DNA from: a virus
IMG/VR virus record: IMGVR_UViG_3300020172_005639
Span: 32,001 to 96,000 of that record
Length of the DNA stretch: 64,000 nucleotides
Reading direction: 5' to 3' (one strand)
Shown here: positions 35,864 through 46,328 of the stretch, one piece after another
Numbering within the stretch: the stretch's first letter is position 1
Layout of the letters: each line of letters opens with the position of its first letter
Translations under genes and position numbers: made by a program
The notes under the pieces: generated by a model
The model's database searches: none
Told to the model about the DNA's origin: nothing
What the model saw: the letters and a program-made list of their open reading frames with translations, nothing else

Positions 35864-36127
35864 ATGAGCAAGAAGGGGACAATCATGAGCCTGCACGTCG
35901 ACCCCGAGACGCAGGAGAAGATGAAGGCCCACGCAAAGAAGCGGAACGTTAGTGTTTCCAAGTTCATTCGCGACCTCGTCGATAAAACCTTGGCCGACCC
36001 GAGCGAGGACGTGGATACAGTAATCTTTCGCGTGCCCAACTCTGCCAAGAGGGATGTGCACACGCTCACTTCTTGGTTCCAACAGCGCATAGACGCCGTC
36101 GTGAGGGCCGTTGTAGGTGAACATTAA
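35864..36127 (+). CDS. Ribbon-helix-helix/CopG-like DNA-binding protein
   Basis: SLHVDPET.EKMK..A...NVSVSKFIRDLV. Confidence 0.65.
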   Translation: MSKKGTIMSLHVDPETQEKMKAHAKKRNVSVSKFIRDLVDKTLADPSEDVDTVIFRVPNSAKRDVHTLTSWFQQRIDAVVRAVVGEH

Positions 36128-36629
36128 GTCGGTTGAACTTGAGCTGGTCGCAGAGAGCGCAATACCGGACGCCCAGCCGGCCTCCGGCATCAGCCTAGCA
36201 GCACTTTTCGTTGCTGCCCTGAAAATGGAGCACCTCTGCACCAAGGAGTCAGGCATAGGGTTGAGTGCAGTTCAGGTCGGCATGCCCTGGGAAATATTCG
36301 TGGTGCGTCGAGGTTGCGGCACGTCATCTGAACATTATGAGTATTACGTGGATTGCAGGTACTTCAGCCAGAGTCATGAAACAATCAAGTCCATAGAGGG
36401 ATGCCTTTCGCTCAAAAGGGACGGCAAGCCCCGAAGGTTTGAGGTTGAGAGGTACAAGCAAGTCAGCATCATAGGTAAAAGGCTGCTGATGGGTCCTGAA
36501 GGCTTACCGATATTGGAGGATGTGGATTTCAAGGAGGAGGGCCTGTACGGCATCGTCTTCCAGCACGAAATTGACCACAGCATGGGAATCCTCATCTCAC
36601 AGATAGGCACAGAGTTAGAGGTCGCTTGA
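36117..36629 (+). CDS. def: Peptide deformylase
   Basis: GIGLSAVQVG, EGCLS, QHEIDH. Confidence 0.92.
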   Translation: MNIKSVELELVAESAIPDAQPASGISLAALFVAALKMEHLCTKESGIGLSAVQVGMPWEIFVVRRGCGTSSEHYEYYVDCRYFSQSHETIKSIEGCLSLKRDGKPRRFEVERYKQVSIIGKRLLMGPEGLPILEDVDFKEEGLYGIVFQHEIDHSMGILISQIGTELEVA

Positions 36630-36630
36630 A

Positions 36631-36903
36631 ATGTTGAGTCTTAAGCAGTTGGATGACATTTGCATGGTCGATAACAATAGTTCTGAAAGGTGCAGATATC
36701 TGACGACGGACGAGAACGAGTTCGGCAAGTTCTACTGCATGAAGCTTTCCTCGCGACGGCAACAGATCGATCAGGAAGTCGAGGAATATCTTGTGGAGAT
36801 GCGCAGGCTGGGTAGGGATCCTAACCACAATCTTCCGCTAGGCGACAACTGCCAAGGCTACCCGCTCTTCAGGAATATTGAGCAGGGATACGACAAGCAC
36901 TAG
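36631..36903 (+). CDS. Hypothetical Cys-containing protein
   Basis: 90-aa ORF with GAGG SD. Confidence 0.65.
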   Translation: MLSLKQLDDICMVDNNSSERCRYLTTDENEFGKFYCMKLSSRRQQIDQEVEEYLVEMRRLGRDPNHNLPLGDNCQGYPLFRNIEQGYDKH

Positions 36904-37400
36904 ATAAGGCGCCGCTTGATCATCAGATAAACTTCTCTTGCCCTTTTGTCGTCTACGGCCGCCTTCAGAATCGATTCGTTGAGAATAGGGCTGTTGAACC
37001 TCGCTATCTCCCTGGCCATCATTTCGGTTGCTCTCTCGCTCTTGATTGCCCTGTCGCGATAGTACCAGAGGAACATGCCTAGGACGATGATTGAGAAGAT
37101 GAAGATCAGAGCACCATCCCCCTGTATTATCTGAATGCCCGTGTTCTCGTTCCTTGAAACTGCTGCATTCAGGTTCAAAAGTCCCGACTGTATCTCCTTC
37201 AGCTTGCTGTTCTGGTAGCTCATTTCTTGCCTGATCTTGCCCAGCTCTGCCATGACGCCGTTTTGGTTGCTTTTGATGTCCTCAATTTTACCGTTGTTGT
37301 CGATCTTGGGTTGATTCCTAGGATTGAAGTTGGCGCACCCGCTACAGATCGCTGAAATCACAAGAACGACCAATGTAGCTGTCTTAATTTTCCTGTTCAT
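36900..37400 (-). CDS. Lipoprotein with coiled coil and downstream TM helix (u-spanin-like topology)
   Basis: MNRKIK + hydrophobic core + CSGC lipobox; TM LIFIFSIIVLGMFLWYY; TAAATA box at 37460-37455. Confidence 0.6.
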   Translation of the reverse strand: MNRKIKTATLVVLVISAICSGCANFNPRNQPKIDNNGKIEDIKSNQNGVMAELGKIRQEMSYQNSKLKEIQSGLLNLNAAVSRNENTGIQIIQGDGALIFIFSIIVLGMFLWYYRDRAIKSERATEMMAREIARFNSPILNESILKAAVDDKRAREVYLMIKRRLI

Positions 37401-37542
37401 ATTTTCCTCTTGCGCTGTGTCTTGTCTGACATACAATTATTTTTCCCATTTATGTATTTACGTCGGTCGTAAATGAGGTATAGTCATTCGATTTCAAGGA
37501 ATCGCGTTTGCAAAGGGCGCGTCAAGCACAAGGAGGTGTCAA

Positions 37543-37959
37543 GTGGCTCTGCACATCAATCATTTTCTGGACGAAGAAATCGACTCACATTCACTCTTTA
37601 CTGAAGAAGAGAGGAATGCTGCCGAGCAGACGAGGCAGGTGGAGGTTGCAAAAGTCCACATGCTGCGCTTCTTCGCCGACAAGCGTCTCCACACGGGCGG
37701 TCAGGTCAGCAAGGCTTTCCTCTTTAAGGACCGTCGGCTGTCGATGGTTATGAGATTCTCCATAGCGGAGGGCGTCGATCGCGCCTACATTGCGCTGGAG
37801 GAGTTGAGCGGAAACGTCATGGGTGGCCTTCCAGGCGACACGCAACTTGTTCTTGACACTCTCAATCTGCTCAGTCAATCGGGAGTGCCCCAGAAATATG
37901 CGGGCGGCATGCTATGCGTATATCTTGAGCTCATAGAGGGATACTTTTTTGCACCGTGA
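37543..37959 (+). CDS. Hypothetical protein
   Basis: GTG start with AGGAGG SD. Confidence 0.65.
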   Translation: MALHINHFLDEEIDSHSLFTEEERNAAEQTRQVEVAKVHMLRFFADKRLHTGGQVSKAFLFKDRRLSMVMRFSIAEGVDRAYIALEELSGNVMGGLPGDTQLVLDTLNLLSQSGVPQKYAGGMLCVYLELIEGYFFAP

Positions 37960-37960
37960 T

Positions 37961-38247
37961 ATGGCTTGGGTCGGGAGGCTTTACGAAACTTCCGAAATTC
38001 CCAAAGATAAGCGATACTTGCTTAAATACTTCAGCAATCCTCTACAAGAGGCCGTCCTGCGGTATCAGCTTGTCTTTGGGGACACCAAGAACTTTGTTGA
38101 CCACACTGGCATAGTGGTGCAAGAGCGATGGCTAAAGACTTTGAGGGAGCGCATGGAGGAGTTGGAGGAAGCGAAAAAGACTGCTAGGGCTTTGCTGGAC
38201 TTCACGAAACTTGCAGAGATAGAGTCGGGAGACTACAAGGCGGAAAA

Positions 38248-38251
<4 letters not shown>
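37961..38251 (+). CDS. Hypothetical protein
   Basis: ATG 37961; overlaps rmlB start. Confidence 0.65.
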
Positions 38252-39216
<965 letters not shown>

Positions 39217-39248
39217 GCGAAATCTGCGTATCCGTAATACATACATTT

Positions 39249-39470
39249 ATGTCACTCATATCCTATTCAGAATGGAAGGCCAAGTACTCCGAATCCAGTC
39301 CGATGACCCGGATTAGGGCCGGCCTGCCAAACCAGTATCCGATGCCTGCCGATGTAATGTCGCGAAGCACTCCCTCGCCAGAGGTGATGAAGATGGCAAT
39401 CGCTAAGTTCGGGAGTCTAGGTCGCAAAAAGAAGTCCTCAAAGAAAAGCTTTAAAAAGAAAAAGAGGTAG
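39249..39470 (+). CDS. Small basic protein with poly-Lys tail (probable internal head protein)
   Basis: MSLISYSEW...E; TACATA box 5 nt before ATG. Confidence 0.65.
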   Translation: MSLISYSEWKAKYSESSPMTRIRAGLPNQYPMPADVMSRSTPSPEVMKMAIAKFGSLGRKKKSSKKSFKKKKR

Positions 39471-39471
39471 C

Positions 39472-39942
39472 ATGGACTTTTTCTCGCTCCATGACCTACT
39501 TGAGGCGAAGAAGTCCCGAACATCACCCGTGGCCCGTGGCGACATGGACCGATGGCTGAAGTCCGTGGAGGATCTTGCCCGTGATCTTGAGCAATTCAAG
39601 AAGGTGAAGAAGGAAACCGACAAGAAGGTTAAGGAGCTGAAGCGCAAGCATAAGGAGGCCAAGGAGAGGACCGAGAGGCTTGCGAGGGAAAAGGAGGCTG
39701 CTCAAGCGAGAACGAAGGCCGACTTGCTGAGAGCCAAGAGGGATAGGGATGCCAAGCGAGAGTCTGAGGTTGACGAAAAGGGCAAGCGCAAGGAAAAGAC
39801 TGATGCTCAGAAGGCCCAAAAGAAGACCCGGCCCGATAAGAACCAAAACATCACCAAGTCGCGCCGTATAATTGGAAAGAAGGGGCAGCGCCGTGACGGA
39901 AGACAACAGACAGCTCGTACCCGTAGACCAGCAGAGGAATAA
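39472..39942 (+). CDS. Lys/Arg-rich coiled-coil protein
   Basis: FSLHDLLE start, highly basic. Confidence 0.65.
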   Translation: MDFFSLHDLLEAKKSRTSPVARGDMDRWLKSVEDLARDLEQFKKVKKETDKKVKELKRKHKEAKERTERLAREKEAAQARTKADLLRAKRDRDAKRESEVDEKGKRKEKTDAQKAQKKTRPDKNQNITKSRRIIGKKGQRRDGRQQTARTRRPAEE

Positions 39943-40348
39943 CGCATTCCTCAGGCTTCTGCGCAAGGTTCACCGCAATATCTGCGTCGTGCCGACGAAG
40001 TCCTCAACCGTCGTCGTCCTCGTGGCGGTGAACCGAGATCCCAGCCAAAACATCATAAGAAAGCTAAGTTGCAGGCGTGGAATCCCTATCGGGGGCTACG
40101 TGTACGATGTGCAGGCTGACTCTTACTTTTATAATTGCGAGGACTTTCTGCATCTTGGGTCTGTGCCCGTTTCCTTCATGATCAGAATGCAAGAGGATTT
40201 TGAGTGGCAGGAATACGTGCCCATGCCCGAGTCCGTGATCAAAACCTTTCTGACCAAGGGGCAGAAGAAGATGCTCTCTTCTTTTCGACGACGTTTCAAG
40301 TCGCCCGAACACACCATATCGCTAGTTCAACTTATAGACCCTAATTAA
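39893..40348 (+). CDS. Hypothetical protein
   Basis: Probable GTG start at 39893. Confidence 0.6.
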   Translation: MTEDNRQLVPVDQQRNNAFLRLLRKVHRNICVVPTKSSTVVVLVAVNRDPSQNIIRKLSCRRGIPIGGYVYDVQADSYFYNCEDFLHLGSVPVSFMIRMQEDFEWQEYVPMPESVIKTFLTKGQKKMLSSFRRRFKSPEHTISLVQLIDPN

Positions 40349-40376
40349 ATTCCCTGCACGCCCCATAAATAAACTC

Positions 40377-41195
40377 ATGGCATGTTATTCAGGTTCCGGC
40401 TACACTTCAGGCATAGGGTGCTCCACTCAGGCTGGTTGTCCCGATGAGTATGGTTGCATACCGGGCAAGTGTCCCGACTTTACAATCCGAAGGCACGACA
40501 CCAAGCCTGCATTCAAGGTCAGGGTTGAGGACTGCGATGGCCCCCTTGACCTGACAGACCTTGTCCTTGAGGCCTCAATGTGGGCCAAGGGAAGGCTCAA
40601 GACTGCGATCGACACGGACGACACGGTGATTGGACTAGCCGATAATATCGGCTTTAATCAGATTATGGTTGGCGATGTGATTCTGATGGAGCAAACGCGC
40701 TCGCCTGAGAAGATGCTTGTTCTGGGCTTTGACGAGTCGAACAGGGTTTTCGAGGTGCAGAGGGGTTATCACGGCACACCAGTTCAATCATGGAGGAAGG
40801 GGTCTAGGCTGAAGATCATAAAGTTCACCAACGCCAGCGGCTCCACCGAGATGGTATATCACGATGAGCTTCAGTTGGACGGTAACATTACGCAGGATGT
40901 GCTTCTGGACAGTTACCTCGTCTATGACTTCTCTGCAAACGACACATGCTTGCCTGGTTGCTACCACATGGAATTCAAGCTCATAAAGATGCTCCTCTTG
41001 GAGGTATCGGCACAATCGGATATCCCAAGCGGCCTTTTGCCGAGCAATATCATTCCCAGCTTTACTCCTTCGAGTTATACGCCATCCAACTTTGACTGTG
41101 GTATGGCTCCTGGTATAGAGTGGATTCGTCGTTTCCCGGTTGATGGCGAGGGATTCCTCATCAAAATCTGGGATTCTCCCACCATCGATGACTGA
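40377..41195 (+). CDS. Probable virion structural protein (BppU N-terminal-like)
   Basis: IRRHDT.P, PLDLTD, PG.Y..EF, RFP..G...I pattern; TAAATA box 5 nt before ATG. Confidence 0.55.
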   Translation: MACYSGSGYTSGIGCSTQAGCPDEYGCIPGKCPDFTIRRHDTKPAFKVRVEDCDGPLDLTDLVLEASMWAKGRLKTAIDTDDTVIGLADNIGFNQIMVGDVILMEQTRSPEKMLVLGFDESNRVFEVQRGYHGTPVQSWRKGSRLKIIKFTNASGSTEMVYHDELQLDGNITQDVLLDSYLVYDFSANDTCLPGCYHMEFKLIKMLLLEVSAQSDIPSGLLPSNIIPSFTPSSYTPSNFDCGMAPGIEWIRRFPVDGEGFLIKIWDSPTIDD

Positions 41196-41227
41196 GTTTC
41201 TTGGCCACAGCAAGAGAGAGAGAGCAA

Positions 41228-41800
41228 ATGACATCCGGTTTTTACGGCAGGGGCAAGCGCTTCGGCAGGGACACTAAAGATCCCCGGCAGCAGGATGAGC
41301 ACAGGATAAACTACCACATTCGCGTTCCGCAGATACGAGTGATTCGCGAGGAAGAGCAGCTCGGGGTCATGTCCACGGATGAGGCCCGTCGCATTGCCCA
41401 AGACGAGGGCATGGACCTTGTTGAGATAGTTCCCACTGCAAAGCCTCCCGTCTGCAGAATCATGGATTACGGCAGGTACAAGTTTGAGCAGGCAATCAAG
41501 AAGAAAGAGGCCGCAAAAAAGCAGAGGGAATCGCAGTCTCAGCTCAAGGAGATTCGATTAAGGCCTGGCATCGCCGAACATGACGCAGAGATAAAAGTCG
41601 CTCAAGCCAAGAAATTCCTTGCCGAGGGCAACAAGGTGCAGTTCTTTCTCCGGTTTCGTGGTCACAGGGAGATGGCACTCAAGGAGCAGGGTTTCAGGGT
41701 CGTACAGAAAATCATAGAGATGCTTTCTGAAGAATCTATTCTAGAGAGGTCCCCAAGCATGGAGGGCCGCTCGATTATTTGCGTGCTCTCACCCAAGTAA
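41228..41800 (+). CDS. infC: Translation initiation factor IF-3
   Basis: RIN..I....IRVI, QLGVM, DLVEI.P.AKPPVCRIMDYGRYKFE, LKEIRL, KFL.EGNKV, FRG.RE. Confidence 0.95.
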   Translation: MTSGFYGRGKRFGRDTKDPRQQDEHRINYHIRVPQIRVIREEEQLGVMSTDEARRIAQDEGMDLVEIVPTAKPPVCRIMDYGRYKFEQAIKKKEAAKKQRESQSQLKEIRLRPGIAEHDAEIKVAQAKKFLAEGNKVQFFLRFRGHREMALKEQGFRVVQKIIEMLSEESILERSPSMEGRSIICVLSPK

Positions 41801-41811
41801 AGAGGCGGAGT

Positions 41812-43053
41812 ATGGTTTCGGATGATCTGCTTGAGCGCGCACGGGCTCTTCAAGAGACTGTTCTGTCACGTCTCGCCTCTGGGCCGCCGTCGGTCGGCCA
41901 TCAAAGGCCCGAGTTGCTCAAAAGAATTAAGAATTACCCGATTGAGTTGCTCAAGTTTGCCCTCGGCGATTTCGGCGTGTCCCTTGGCTCATTCGTCAAA
42001 ACTCTTGATCTCGATCACCCCGAGTGCCACTCCGTAAGCGAATTGATATTCGGGGTCGATGGGTCCTTTGCGAAGAACTTCATGGACTTTTTGTCCATCG
42101 CTGAATTCTCAAAGCAAAACTCCTTGGATAGCTGCTTTCCTTTTCTCGGGAAAACTATGGTGAAGGAGTACATCAACAAGTCCCTTTACAAGAAGTTGGA
42201 ATCTGGGCAGATCGCCCGGAGCTACATACGTCTCGTCCAGGATGCACCGCATAGGCAGGCTTTGAGAAAAAGCAAGAACACTCAGATTATCGACTTGCAG
42301 ATGTTAAGCAGGAAGGGCGATGACTTCTGGAACGCGCAGTGCGACAACTTCGATAGATTCATCAGATTTGACAGCGCCTATGAGAAGGAGATCGAAACTG
42401 CGGAGAGGAAGAGGAGCAGATACGAGGAGATGGGCTGTACGACCCTCGCTTCGGAGATAGCCAGAAGTATTGGGGTCTTTAGGGAAAATGCGCAGAACGC
42501 ATACTATGGGTTCAACCGGGTCACGATGACTAGCGTCGCAGTTATACTTGCGAAGTTTTTGGGCTACAGATATGTCGAAGAGAAGCAGTACAATATCGGC
42601 GGCCACAGCTACACATCGGAGTCAAGGATCGTAATCGACCAGAGTTGTTTCGGCGACTACAGGTTTGCAATAGACAGGATTGTGTCGGGCCTTACGCAAG
42701 ATGAGGCCATGGGCAAGATACTTGGCGCCGACCATGTGTACCGTCCAAAGATATATTCCTACCAGAACATGATCGACTTGGCACCAGATGGCGTGCGAAA
42801 AATAGTGGATACTCTAGAGTCCTTCCCAGAGGCAAACGGCAAGCCCGTTTTCGACCACTTTGGCGTGATCGTTCCGAGCGTAATCTACTCCGAAAGCTGT
42901 TTTCGGGACAGCATAGGCCTGATCAGAAAAATCGATGACATGCAAGAACTCAGCGTTCTCCTTGACAGGTCACTTGTTAAAACCAAGTCCGTCATTCCCG
43001 TTCTTATTGGGGAGAGGGACAATAAGTGTTACTTCATTTCTTTGTGGGTATAG
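41812..43053 (+). CDS. Hypothetical protein
   Basis: Long ORF with GGAG SD. Confidence 0.7.
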   Translation: MVSDDLLERARALQETVLSRLASGPPSVGHQRPELLKRIKNYPIELLKFALGDFGVSLGSFVKTLDLDHPECHSVSELIFGVDGSFAKNFMDFLSIAEFSKQNSLDSCFPFLGKTMVKEYINKSLYKKLESGQIARSYIRLVQDAPHRQALRKSKNTQIIDLQMLSRKGDDFWNAQCDNFDRFIRFDSAYEKEIETAERKRSRYEEMGCTTLASEIARSIGVFRENAQNAYYGFNRVTMTSVAVILAKFLGYRYVEEKQYNIGGHSYTSESRIVIDQSCFGDYRFAIDRIVSGLTQDEAMGKILGADHVYRPKIYSYQNMIDLAPDGVRKIVDTLESFPEANGKPVFDHFGVIVPSVIYSESCFRDSIGLIRKIDDMQELSVLLDRSLVKTKSVIPVLIGERDNKCYFISLWV

Positions 43054-43055
43054 CC

Positions 43056-43340
43056 ATGCTTTACAGTCTCAACAGGGAAGAGCTTCTCAACTTCGCAAAG
43101 ATGGTCTTTGATGCTAGCGTCGACAACTATGTCGACTTGCGTGAGCAGACTTGCGAGCATATCTTGGACTCATTTCTTGCTGACAAAAAAACTTCTGTAT
43201 CAAACACTCATTTTAGTTACAACCCAGGTGCGATCAGCGTCTTCCCGACAGTTGATTTCTCCAACTCGGCGAACGTCTTCATGGTTAGCGATGGCATGAT
43301 CACCTCGGGGTTGGTGACAAACATAAACTCAGCGAGCTGA
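43056..43340 (+). CDS. Hypothetical protein
   Basis: ATG 43056 just after upstream stop. Confidence 0.6.
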   Translation: MLYSLNREELLNFAKMVFDASVDNYVDLREQTCEHILDSFLADKKTSVSNTHFSYNPGAISVFPTVDFSNSANVFMVSDGMITSGLVTNINSAS

Positions 43341-43355
43341 AAGGTTCATAAGGCC

Positions 43356-43718
43356 ATGGCAAAGAGCAAGATTATCACCACCGATAACATACTGCCCCTG
43401 ATCGGTTCAGACCCGGTCGTGTCGAGGGTGGTTGGGGTCAAGCCCTGCGGTTCGCAGGTGCTTGTCGAAATCCTTACACCACAGGAGATGATGGGCACGA
43501 CCCTCGCAGTCGGCGACAAAGCCGACCTGAAGGTGCCGCTTCAGGGATACGTGAAGGCGGTCGGGCCGGGATTCAAGGGCGAGGACTACGGGTTCAAAGT
43601 CGGTGATCGCGTCTTGATCTCCGGCAGCGGCATCATGGCTCCAGAGTATGACGACTGCCACCGCACTCGTTTCTTTATGGAGCCACACGCAATCAAAAGC
43701 GTATTACTTGAGGAATGA
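43356..43718 (+). CDS. groES: GroES-like co-chaperonin
   Basis: VKPCGSQVLVE, QGYVKAVGPG, FKVGDRVL. Confidence 0.75.
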   Translation: MAKSKIITTDNILPLIGSDPVVSRVVGVKPCGSQVLVEILTPQEMMGTTLAVGDKADLKVPLQGYVKAVGPGFKGEDYGFKVGDRVLISGSGIMAPEYDDCHRTRFFMEPHAIKSVLLEE

Positions 43719-44785
43719 AACCAGACTACTACGCCGTTCTCGGGGTGAGCAAGGAGGCCACTCAGGACGAGATCACCAAGGCTTACCGCAAGGGAGCCAA
43801 GACTCACCATCCCGACGTCAACCCAGGCGATCCCGAGGCGCCCAAGCGCTTTCAGGAGATTCAAGAAGCACACGATATCCTGTCCGACCAGAACAAGCGC
43901 GCGCAGTATGACGCTAGGTCGTCGGGTATGTTCTTCCGTAGGCGACCAGATGGTGATGGATCGCCATTCGGCAGCCCCTTCATGGACATGATGAGTGAGG
44001 TCTTGTCGCGCAAAAGCTTCAAAGGCAAGAACGCTCACGCAAAGGTCGATATCGACCTTCGGGATGTCATGTCGGGATGCACAAAGACCCTGGTTGTCAA
44101 CGTCCGTACCAAATGCGATGACTGCAAGGGCAGCGGGGTCGCAAGCACCCAGTCTTGCGACCAATGCCATGGCTCTGGTTTTTTGGTGGTGAACAACGCT
44201 CCATTCGAGTTTCGCCAGAATTGCTTCGGCTGCCAAGGCACTGGCAGGGTTAACCCCCAGCCATGCGAAGCGTGTCGAGGCATGGGGGCCAAGGGGGAAC
44301 ACGAAAGGTCGATCCAACTGCGAATTCCAGCCGGCATAGAAAGCGGCATGAGCATTCGCATTCATGGTCAGGGCGAGGAAAGCATCAACGATGGTTCGCT
44401 AGGCGATCTTATAGTTGCTGTGTCCGTGAAGCCCCACCCTGTTTTCACAAGAGATGGCGCAGACCTTCATATGGACGTCCCTGTGACCTACACACAGCTA
44501 GCGCTGGGGACCGACCTCCCAATTTTGGGGTTGCATGGGGAAGAAATGGTCGTGAAAGTGCCATGCAGGGCCCCGTCCCATGCCAAACTCAAGCTCAAGG
44601 GCAGGGGTCTGGCCTTCCCAAACGGCATCGTTGGCGACCTTTACGTCACGATCAAGCTCGAAACTCCCAAAGAGATTTCTGGAAGGCACGCCGAGCTTAT
44701 CGCAGAGCTCTCTAGCATTGAGTCCACGCTTAAATTGCCGAGGCGTGAAGCATGGATAAAAAACATGGCAACTGTCAATACATAG
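43715..44785 (+). CDS. dnaJ: DnaJ (class A) chaperone
   Basis: DYYAVLGV, HPD, four CxxCxGxG repeats, IPAGI, GDL. Confidence 0.93.
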   Translation: MKPDYYAVLGVSKEATQDEITKAYRKGAKTHHPDVNPGDPEAPKRFQEIQEAHDILSDQNKRAQYDARSSGMFFRRRPDGDGSPFGSPFMDMMSEVLSRKSFKGKNAHAKVDIDLRDVMSGCTKTLVVNVRTKCDDCKGSGVASTQSCDQCHGSGFLVVNNAPFEFRQNCFGCQGTGRVNPQPCEACRGMGAKGEHERSIQLRIPAGIESGMSIRIHGQGEESINDGSLGDLIVAVSVKPHPVFTRDGADLHMDVPVTYTQLALGTDLPILGLHGEEMVVKVPCRAPSHAKLKLKGRGLAFPNGIVGDLYVTIKLETPKEISGRHAELIAELSSIESTLKLPRREAWIKNMATVNT

Positions 44786-44819
44786 TTAAAAGGAGTTTGA
44801 AACCGTAGTAGGAGTTGCC

Positions 44820-45029
44820 ATGAATAATGTGAATAATAGATTTTTCTGGATCGTCGTTGGCCTTACTGCTGTCATGCTCTTTTTGGGCGTCGGCAGTAAG
44901 TTCCTTGTTGACAAGGTCGCCGATGTCGTTGTCGAAAAACTTAAGAAAGACTACAGCCCCAGCCCATATGGTCCGGGGATCGATCCTGATAAAATTGACA
45001 TTGATAAGATTAAGTCTAAAGGTTCTTGA
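44820..45029 (+). CDS. Small membrane protein
   Basis: One TM; AGGAG SD; YSPSPYGPG.DPDK. Confidence 0.65.
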   Translation: MNNVNNRFFWIVVGLTAVMLFLGVGSKFLVDKVADVVVEKLKKDYSPSPYGPGIDPDKIDIDKIKSKGS

Positions 45030-45372
45030 GTATCTGAAAACTTTGTATTTTCGAGGGCAAGCCCGAGGCGTCGCCTGGGAGCCTGGTCATCCTGACCAGC
45101 ACCATGCGGCCAACCTCGGGTTTCTCCTTTAAGCGGCAGAACTCGTCGTACGTGAAGAAAAGCTGAGTGCCGTCCCCGAGTTGGACGAAAATCGGGTTTC
45201 TCTTTTGCTGAACAATCGCAATGCGCGCACGCCGAACCATAGTGGGCAAGCCCAAAGATAGGCCGGGCAGTCTGATACCTTGGACCCAGTCGGACGCTCC
45301 CTCAATGCACAATGCCCCGTGCAGCTCCAGAAGTACCCTGAATTCAGCGTAGTTTTTGAAATTAAGTTTCAT
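45016..45372 (-). CDS. Hypothetical late protein
   Basis: MKLNFKNY.E; TAAATA box at 45405-45400. Confidence 0.65.
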   Translation of the reverse strand: MKLNFKNYAEFRVLLELHGALCIEGASDWVQGIRLPGLSLGLPTMVRRARIAIVQQKRNPIFVQLGDGTQLFFTYDEFCRLKEKPEVGRMVLVRMTRLPGDASGLPSKIQSFQILKNL

Positions 45373-45409
45373 GCTGACTCTTTTACCTTAAACCACAGGT
45401 ATTTAGGCT

Positions 45410-45709
45410 ATGAACAGCAAATATAGAATAAGAAGCTCGTCTGCCATAGTGAGTATGTCCATATCCTTCTCAGGTCCCGAAGGCGAATTGATGCAAATTC
45501 TGGTTGACGTGGATTTTGCCAATGACAGGGTATACTTCAACGAGAAGACGGAAGGCATTGACTATGTTGATCTTGAGCAAGAGATATTGAGGCACCTGAG
45601 ACCAGAGGGGGTTCAGGCGCCTGTTTTAAATTCGGACATCAGGAAGCAAATAAATGATGTTCGAAAGGGCGTGTTCCAGGGAAAGAGCATTTACGATGGA
45701 GTTAAATAA
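45410..45709 (+). CDS. Hypothetical protein
   Basis: ORF coupled to the next gene (TAATG). Confidence 0.6.
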   Translation: MNSKYRIRSSSAIVSMSISFSGPEGELMQILVDVDFANDRVYFNEKTEGIDYVDLEQEILRHLRPEGVQAPVLNSDIRKQINDVRKGVFQGKSIYDGVK

Positions 45710-46077
45710 TGTCAGTAAGAAACACAGAAGGCTTTAAGTTCACAGTGGTCAGCACGGGTAACGCCGACGTCGACTCCAGAAAGTCCACCAATCTTCGCCA
45801 TACCACCCTTGATTCTATGCTCCGAGCCATCGATGCCAAGTCTATGGACGAGCAGGTGAAGGAGGAGCTGAAGAAGATGGCCAAGGGTTATCCTGAGCAG
45901 GCTCTTGAGAGTTGGAAAAAGAACTTCAACCTACATGTGCAGAGGGCAAGGCAGAAGGTCAGGGACAGAAACAAACCGCTACCTGCCCCAGAGCCCGAGT
46001 CCCTGGAAATCCCGGCACAGGAGGTGACGCCGCAGCAGCCGCCTCCTGTGCATGCAATTGAAGAATCCGCTGATTGA
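45709..46077 (+). CDS. Hypothetical protein
   Basis: GGAG SD; Pro-rich C-terminus. Confidence 0.6.
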   Translation: MSVRNTEGFKFTVVSTGNADVDSRKSTNLRHTTLDSMLRAIDAKSMDEQVKEELKKMAKGYPEQALESWKKNFNLHVQRARQKVRDRNKPLPAPEPESLEIPAQEVTPQQPPPVHAIEESAD

Positions 46078-46087
46078 GGTGGTCAAA

Positions 46088-46297
46088 ATGAAGGCATATG
46101 CAATTATTTCAATAGCACGACAAGTCGACGGGGAGTACTGCATAGTAAAAGTCGATGGAGCATATAAGGATCGCAGCCGAGCTCAGTTGTTGGCGGAGGG
46201 GCTGGCCAAGAAGTACGCAGAGACTATCCAGACCGCCTCTGGACCAATTCAGTGCATTTGCGAGCGTGGCATTTTTGAGTTGGATATTGAGGAATAG
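46088..46297 (+). CDS. Hypothetical protein
   Basis: GAGGTGG SD before ATG 46088. Confidence 0.6.
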   Translation: MKAYAIISIARQVDGEYCIVKVDGAYKDRSRAQLLAEGLAKKYAETIQTASGPIQCICERGIFELDIEE

Positions 46298-46328
46298 TCA
46301 TTAGAATAACATAAACGGAGAACCCCAG

